From NCBI RefSeq assembly GCF_009914755.1, contig NC_060925.1: 64,000 nucleotides of DNA. The stretch is one strand, 5' to 3'. Origin of the DNA: the human T2T-CHM13v2.0 reference genome, Homo sapiens. The translations under genes and the position numbers were made by a program. The notes beneath the pieces are model-generated. The model had not been told where the DNA came from. It saw only the letters and a program-made list of their open reading frames with translations, and searched no databases. This document shows, in pieces, positions 56,754 to 64,000 of the stretch (the first letter of the stretch is position 1; every line of letters starts with the position of its first letter).

Positions 56754-59103
56754 GTGGGCTGCATCTAAAAGGCTACCTTCAAGTCTGTCATACCATCCCA
56801 TCATCAACACATGTCTTGCAGGAAATCTGAGCTAAATGTGGTTATACAGAAGATTTCTCTTTTTCTATCCATTATTGATCCATGATTTTCTTTTAATTCA
56901 AATTTTCATTTTGGAGAAGCCTTTATTTTTTGATGTTTACTTATGCTTCTTAAGTGGATTTTTATTAATGGATTCAACTTATTCAATCCAAAGGAAACAG
57001 CATTTTGAGGCCCTGGTTTATGAGTATAAACACTTTTGGGAAGACAGATTCTGCAGCATGAATGACATGATAGTGGCGGCACTTTCCTTACCTGAGCAAC
57101 AAGAAGCATTTAAGAATTATTTATTTTTAAACATAGAAGAATATTTTAGCAATGCACATCAATTATCCTATGTCATCCCAGCAACAGTAACATGAAGTCT
57201 ATAGGAAACACAACAAACAAGCAAAATATCCATCTTACTACCTAAAAAAATACCAATTGTTGTACTATAATAGGAGAGATAGAACTGCATATTTTATTTT
57301 ACAATTAATTTAGCTGATTTAATGTACTCTTTTATTTCTTGGTTCCTGAAGGTTAGAAAACAAAATGGGGAAAGGCACCTTCCTATAAGATAAAGCTAAC
57401 TTTTCACTATTTTAAAAATTAAATACTACTCCTTGCTTTCTGTTTAAAAACATATTAAGCTCCCTACCCTTGGAAAAAGCAAGGAGTTTGGGAGAGAATA
57501 AGGCTAAACAAATAACCTAAATAAGGAATGGAATAGTAATAATATAGTTTTCCAGGTAGGAGATCTGAGCCAGGTGTCCAAACTAATTCTATTTACTTTT
57601 CTTGACAGTGACAGGGATTTGACATATCTCAAAATAATCGCTTACCATATCACAGTGTCTTAGTTTCCTCATCTACAAAACAGACATAAACTGTGTCCTA
57701 GGCATAGAATATAAAAGGGACATCAAACATTTCAGAGAAAGAGGTTCGATTTTTTGTTACATTTTTTATATCTATAGAAAGACTTCTATAATAATAGCAG
57801 GATTATTTACTAAGCATGTTATTTATAATAGACACTGGAAAGGTGCTTTGCATACTTTTTCTCATTTAATCCTCACAATAACCCTATTACTAGATAGGTG
57901 TTGTTTTATCCCCACTTCATATATGTAGAATCTAAGGCCAAAGATGTTAATTCACTTTCCCAATGTCAAAAAGGCAAGAAAGAATCAGACCTAAGATTCA
58001 ATTTCACACCTCTCAGCACTGTAGGGATCCCAAATGTATGAATCACGTGCTGCAAACCTCAGTTCCTGTGCAGTGGCAGACATTACTAACTGATTATAGC
58101 AGTCACTTTGGAATCCCTCTAGACCTTACAATACTGATAGTAGGGAAGTAGAACTAATGTGCCTTTCTAAAGCCTTATTAAAGCCTGTACTTCATAACAG
58201 CAGTCTTGGTGACCTACATTCAGAGATTTTGATTCAGCAGACCTTGAGCTGGTTCCTGAATCTGTATTTTTGAGGTCTCTCCCAGTGATTCTGATGACAG
58301 CTAGGTTTAGCAAAAATTTCTTCTTGCACCTATGTTCAACAATACCATATCTTTGTATATTTGTTCAGTCTATGAGTTTCTGAAATAGAAGATAGAGCTA
58401 AGGAAATAATCTTAGGAAGGAAAAGTAATTTTTGACTAGCTATTACTTATGGAACGCCTACTATATGAAAGACAGATCTAGTACCTTCCCTCCTTTTTTG
58501 AGCCACTGAAACTCTGTAAGAAAGAGCTAGTCATACTGTTCTGTGCTGAAACATCTGGTGAATATTAGAAATACAGGAGTGTCATCTCTTAAATGTGACT
58601 CTGATGGGTTTGGAATAGAAGAAAGAGATCTTAGCCATGATCTGAGAAGCCCAAGCTTAGAGGAGTATCAAATACAAACAGGAGTAAGTGAAAACCTTAC
58701 AATTTATGATTCTGTATTAATCCTACTCCTGTAATTCACAACAAATTGACTATTAAACCTCCCCCACTCTCCCCAAAATTAGTACATGTGGTAGATTACA
58801 AGCCCGATGAGAAAAGGCAGCAGTGCTCCATTAATATTTATAAATGTCGCAATGCTCATATTTCCCATCTATTTGGAAAATCAGCCCAAGTAATTAAGGA
58901 GTATGGGGAATTATAAAGATGAAAAATATCAGGAAAACAGTGCACATGGAAGTTATCAACACGATTTTACCTCTACTGTTGCATCTTAATGACTTCGTTT
59001 TCCATGGATGGCATTTTTTAAGTTTAAATTTCTGGGTGAAAACAAAACAATAAAACTTCATTATCATCCAAGCAACATAGATATTTTTCAAATATGGACT
59101 TAC

Positions 59104-59210
59104 ATCTTTGGCTTCTCCACGAGGTATTGAAAGTGTTTACTTCCAATGATTTTCACCATGATCTCAGGCATTGCATCTGATCCACGGGGAGTCTTCCAGG
59201 CTGAAGACAT
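59104..59210 (-). CDS. C1orf87: Exon 2 coding part (whole exon 59104-59237, with 27 nt of 5' UTR): MSSAWKTPRGSDAMPEIMVKIIGSKHFQYLVEKPK(I)
   Basis: Acceptor ttttcacccctag| at 59238/59237; ATG at 59210 with A at -3; donor AT|GTAAGT at 59104/59103; phase 2. Confidence 0.93.
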
Positions 59211-60099
59211 GATTCCTTTCAAAATCCCTTCAGATCCCTAGGGGTGAAAATAAGTAAATTGTTCCTCTTGATTTTCCATTAGGGAACTGCATCATCCTTG
59301 CCAATAACAACAAGCAATAATAATAGCAGGACAAAGTGTTTCACCTATATTACCTCACTTAACACTCCTAACAAAGGCATGAGAAAGATATTTTTAACTA
59401 CTATTATCATTTTTGTTTTACTGTTGAGGAAACAAGCAAAATGTAGCTATATGACTTACTCACATCACATCACATCACCAGTAATTAGCCGACTTGGGAA
59501 TCTCACCTAAGAGGTCTGTACAGCAGATCTACTGAATCATTAGGTGACTCTACCTTCCTGTACTACAAGACATAGGATGGAATTCCAGTGAGGTCAGAGC
59601 AGAAACAAGGGCATTAGTGGGACATATGAAGAATCCATATTCAGTTCTGATGTTTAGTTTCCCCATTTATGAGATCAGGGTAATTCTAGGTCTGTTCTCA
59701 GGGACTTGAGGGTGAATCCAAGGAGATAATGCATCTGAAGGGAGACTGTACACAAGACAGACAGACTTTTGTTGTTATCACTGATCTCTTTCTACAACAA
59801 TACAATGAATCTGAAATTGAACTCCTGCACAAGGTGTTTAAACAGAGTGATGCCAAGGGAAAATCAGAAGTTCAGTAAATCTGGCCACAGCTGAACACTC
59901 CCTTTTAGAACCACCCAGAGGCTGAAAGGCCTTTAGAAATCATTCTACTCCAAAGGCTCCTTCACAGATTGGAAAACTAAGGCCCAGAGAGGGTGTGTTA
60001 TTTGACAAGGGTCACAGAGGAATGAAGGACGGGACTGTTTCCAGTACTTGGGTCTGATGTCTAGGCCAGGGTTCTTCCCAAAAGTCCAATACTAAAGAC

Positions 60100-60500
60100 C
60101 TGTGCTAGGGCAGCCCCTCATCCCGGGGACCTGCAGCCTCTTTGCACCTGTCTGGAATCTTCCAGACCCGGAACTCGTGATCCTCAAATCCCCTCCCTGC
60201 CCAGCAGCTGCGTGTCGGCCCTGATTGCCCGGAGAGAACAGAGTCGGGGGGCTTACCGCTAGGGCAGCGTCCCCACCCTGGCAGCTCAGAGGTGCGCGGT
60301 CCGTGCTTCTCCCCAGGAAGCTGACACTCTCAGACCCGGGGACGGGACGGGGCGTGGGGACCGAGCCCAGGAATCCGGCCAATCACAGGGCCCGCATCGC
60401 GGGCGGCGCCTGTTCCGCCCTGGTCGCTAAGGACGCTGAAGGCTGTTTCTGGGCGGGGACCAGGTTTTTCTCCACTGCCTAGGCAATGGACCCAGGCTCT
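60100..60500 (-). promoter_or_regulatory. CpG-rich TATA-less promoter of C1orf87 with CCAAT box, GC boxes and RFX X-box-like motifs
   Basis: Largest CpG-dense non-Alu patch in the window; GGCCAATCA 60377-60385; GC boxes at 60401-60406, 60415-60420 and 60451-60458; near-palindrome ACTGCCTAGGCAAT 60474-60487. Confidence 0.8.
60257..60380 (-). other. C1orf87: Non-coding exon 1 (5' UTR); 5' end approximate
   Basis: Strong donor GCG|GTAAGC at 60257/60256 inside the CpG-rich patch, about 1 kb upstream of exon 2. Confidence 0.75.
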
Positions 60501-60823
60501 GGCTGCCAACGGGTGAAGAGCCTAGGTGTTTTTGATCTGTGCCTTCTCTGTTCCTCAGAGATATGCGGGCGTCCTTCTAGAAGCCCATCTCGCTCACCTG
60601 TGTGGTCACCCTTGTCCCGCCCTTCCTCCGAAGGCTTCATTTCCCTTTGTGAGTTTGCACATAGTTGAGATTCCAACACAGTAGGTTCAAATCCAGACGT
60701 CTCCACTGTATGGCTTGAGTAAATCCCTTCTTTTCCCTGAGATTGTTTCCTCATCTGTGAAACGGGGCAAAATAATAACACTGTCCTAACTGCGATTTGG
60801 TGACTAAATTAAATAAGAATATC

Positions 60824-61129
60824 GGCCGGGCTCAGTGGTTCACCCCTGTAATCCCAGCACTTTGTTAGGCCGAGGTGGGCAGATCACGAGGTCAGGAGAT
60901 TGAGACCATCCTGGCTAACATGGTGAAACCCCGTCTCTACTAAAAATACAAAAAATTAGCCGGTCGTGGTGGTGCGCGCCTGTAATCCCAGCTACTCAGG
61001 AGGCTGAGGCAGGAGAATTGCTTGAACTTGGGAGGTGGACCTTGCAGTGAGCCAGGATGGTACTACTGCACTCCAGCCTGGGCAACAGAGCGAGACTCCA
61101 TATCAAACAAACAAAGAAACAAAAAAACC
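60824..61129 (+). mobile_element. Alu (AluSc/AluY-like) inserted in a MIR just upstream of the promoter
   Basis: Full-length dimeric Alu; TSD AGAATAT (60816-60822 / 61130-61136). Confidence 0.93.
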
Positions 61130-62379
61130 AGAATATTATAGATTGATAATAATAACGTTGAGTACTGTCTCTATGCCAGATCCCTATGACAAGCTGGATA
61201 ACTCTCACCTCACAAGTTAATAGTTATAAACAAAATAGTTTTACTTTATTTTAAAGAGAAAAGAAACAAGTTGGGGTATTGATAAACTACTCCAAATCCT
61301 GCAAAAGCAAGTACAGAGCTAAGATTAGAATATAGATCTGCATATCCTACATTTCCAGACAGTTGTTATTATGCTAAAAGAAACTTCAGCTGATGCAGGC
61401 AAAGACACTTTAGATTGATTCCCAAACGGTATTGTTATTTGCATCAACATAGGCAGCAGCAGCTCCAGCATCTGTTCCCCTGTCTCCTAACCTCTAGCTG
61501 TACTGTGCTTTACAGGTGAATATATCACCCACTGGCACATGCAGCCAGAGGTGGACAGCACACTCAGCTCCCCTCCAGGGGCTCACTCTCTAGAGGGTGA
61601 GACACACAGCCACATTCTATGATATAGAAAGTGTTAAGGGAGCAGAGAAGCGGGGACAGCTCCCTTCTCACTCCTCCCTCCTAGCCTTCACGTTGCTTCC
61701 AGATCAGTCTTCCCAAGGCCCAACTCCGACAAGCCCCCTCCTCTACTCAAATGTCTGAAAGATCTCATCAGCCACAGCAGGTGTCTGTGGTTTCAAGACC
61801 TTCCACTATCTGACTTCAAGCTAGATCTCTAGCTTGATCTCCCACTACTTCTCCTAGGCTTGTTATGCTGCATCCAACCCAGTCTACTCACTGGCTTGAA
61901 TCTCCCTTTCATATCTCTGCCTCAGTGCCTTTGTTCACTTTGTTTCCTCTGCCTATAATGCCCTTCCATTTCTCACTGTGTCAGCCTGCCTATCCATTCT
62001 TTAAGTTGGATCTCAAATGATATGTGAACTTGGGAATCAGACACTTTGAGTTCAAATCCTTGCCCTGCTAGTTCAGTGTAATCTTGGGCAAATCACTTAA
62101 CATCTTTGTGCTTTAGTTTCCTCTTCTATACAATGAGGATGACTTTTTGTGAAGTTTAAGCGAGTTATATAAGAAAGGAACTTAGAAGAATGCCTGACAC
62201 ATAACGAACAATATAAATGTTTGCTCTTATTTTGGAAGAAGCCAAACTGGATTCCAGAGCTGAAAGTGGCTTCTTCATCTTATCTATAACTTGTGGTTTC
62301 TCTCTTAGGAAATATGTGTGTCTTTGTCTGAGAGTGTGGTATTTATTTGCTTTGTTTGTCCGGGCTTCTCGTGCTATGC

Positions 62380-62850
62380 TGTAGAGGGCTGAATAATGCC
62401 CCTCCCTCAAGATGTCCACCTTTTAATCCCCAGAACTTGTGAATATTACCTTCCATGGCAAAAAGAACTTTACGGATGTGATTAGGTGAAGGAACTTGAG
62501 AGGAGAAGATTATCTAAATTTTTCAGATGAGCCCTAAATGTAATCACGAGTGTCTTTATAGGAGGGAGGTGAGAGAGATTTGATGACAGAAGAGGAAGTA
62601 AATGTGACAATGGAGGCAAGAGGGTACAGGGATTTGGGGAAGGGATCATGAGCCAATGAATGCAGACGGCCTCTGGAAGCTAGAAAAGGCAAGGAAACTG
62701 ATTCTACTCAAGACCCCCAGAAGGAATCTATTCTGCTGACCCCTTGGCTTTAGCCCAGTGAGACTGATTTTGGATTTCTAACCTTCAAAAATGTAAGACA
62801 ATACATTTGTGTGTGGTAATTTATTATATTATCCATGGGAAAATTTAACG
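62380..62850 (+). mobile_element. MaLR LTR (MLT1D-like)
   Basis: tgtagagggctgaataatgccc...aagatgtccaccttttaatccccagaacttgtgaata...ctggaagctagaaaaggcaaggaaac. Confidence 0.85.
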
Positions 62851-63204
62851 TCATGCTATTGAAGGACTCTTCTTTTCTTTTTCTTCTCTGTGTTTGTTAA
62901 ATATCCAGAACAGTGTCTAGATTATAGTGTGCTCTACAAAATTTTTTGACCAAATGAATGAAGGAGAATAGAACCAAAATTAAGTATTAAAATTTCTCTC
63001 TAAAAAATACTCTAATGAAAATGGTACAGGTGGGAGTTTTGTCTACCTAAAACGCTTGCCTATTCTTTCTTTCTGTGAAATGAATGCTTTCTTTGGGAAT
63101 CTCTTTTCCTATTTCAAGGAGTCCTTGTGGGCATTTTCAATCAAAGTGCTGCTTGATTATACTCTATGTCTTAAGAAGGCCAGAGTTCTTATCAATGACC
63201 AATG

Positions 63205-63636
63205 CACCTGACCCTTGAACAATACAGAGGTTAGGGGTGATGACTCCTCATGCAGCTGAAAATTTGCGTGTAACTTTAGACTCCCCCAAAACTTAACTGC
63301 TTATAGTCTGCTGTTGACTGGAATCCTTACTGATAACATCATAAATTAACACATATTTTGTATGTTATATGTATTATATAATGTATTCTTATAATAAAGT
63401 AAGCTAGAGAAAAGAAAATCTTATTAAGAAAATCATAAGGAAGAGAAAATGTATTTACTAAGTGAAAGTTATCATCATAAAGGTCTTTATCCTCAACATC
63501 TTCACATGGAGTACGCTGAAGAGGAGGAGGAAGAGGAGGTATTGATCTTGCTGTCTTGGAGGTAGTAGAGCTGGAAGAAAATCTGCCTATAAGTGCACCT
63601 GCACAGTTCAAACCTGTGTTGTTCAAGGATCATTTG
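63205..63636. mobile_element. Tigger2a (MER28)-type DNA transposon
   Basis: TIRs cacctgacccttgaacaatac / gtgttgttcaaggatcatttg; ~430 bp. Confidence 0.85.
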
Positions 63637-64000
63637 TACACACATGTAGGAGGAAAAAAGTTTATATCTGTTAAGATTACTAGACTGTGAGGATAAGGTG
63701 TTGATATCTGTATCAACACATACTGCAATTTTTCAGAGAGGAGGAAGAACTCAGCCAACAGAGAAAAGCAGAGCTGAAAATGGAGCCAGTGTGGGGAAGG
63801 AGAGGAAAGCAAAAAGCCTGGATCCAGCTATGCCTGAAATTAGAGATTCCAGAACTCTCAAACACACGAGTAATAAACATCCCTTTTGTTTATAATATTT
63901 TGAGATGACTGTCATTAATCTTTACCCAAAGAGACCTAACATAGAGACTCTTAAACTTCAGGTTATTAAATTTTATCTATAGGATACAGTTAATTGATTG

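Noticed and set aside
60092-60781. Overlapping ORFs at the promoter, suggesting a divergent small gene
   Set aside because: GC-rich promoter DNA is stop-poor, and no splice or poly(A) structure for a + strand gene was evident.
63339-63626. 95-aa minus-strand ORF
   Set aside because: It lies entirely within a non-autonomous Tigger2a element.

Overview
Primate (almost certainly human) genomic DNA carrying the 5' two-thirds of the minus-strand spliced gene C1orf87. It has a GC-rich promoter and non-coding exon 1 at about 60.26-60.49 kb, then seven coding exons (2-8) reconstructed from GT-AG boundaries. These give 1127 nt of continuous frame (375 codons + 2 nt); the remaining exons should lie left of base 1. 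The protein has a polar low-complexity N-terminus followed by two tandem degenerate EF-hand-pair-like modules. The rest of the window is intronic or upstream sequence dominated by transposon relics: Alu, L1, L2, L3/CR1, MIR, MaLR and ERVL LTRs, a two-LTR THE1 provirus, and Tigger/hAT DNA elements. Almost all ORFs in the supplied track are repeat-derived or chance ORFs. I found no prokaryote-type system. The most notable observations are: (i) an MLT2A LTR whose AT microsatellite captured a ~165-bp copy of a neighbouring Tigger1 segment, an inverted piece of its own tail and a palindromic 38-bp VNTR, which suggests repair by template switching; (ii) an intronic CTCF/RFX/GC-box/CCAAT element at 39.3 kb; (iii) clustered RFX X-box-like motifs and a G4 motif at the promoter; (iv) a candidate recursive splice site in intron 2; and (v) several nested insertions with intact target-site duplications (TSDs). 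Repeat subfamily names come from recognising consensus features by eye, not from a database search.
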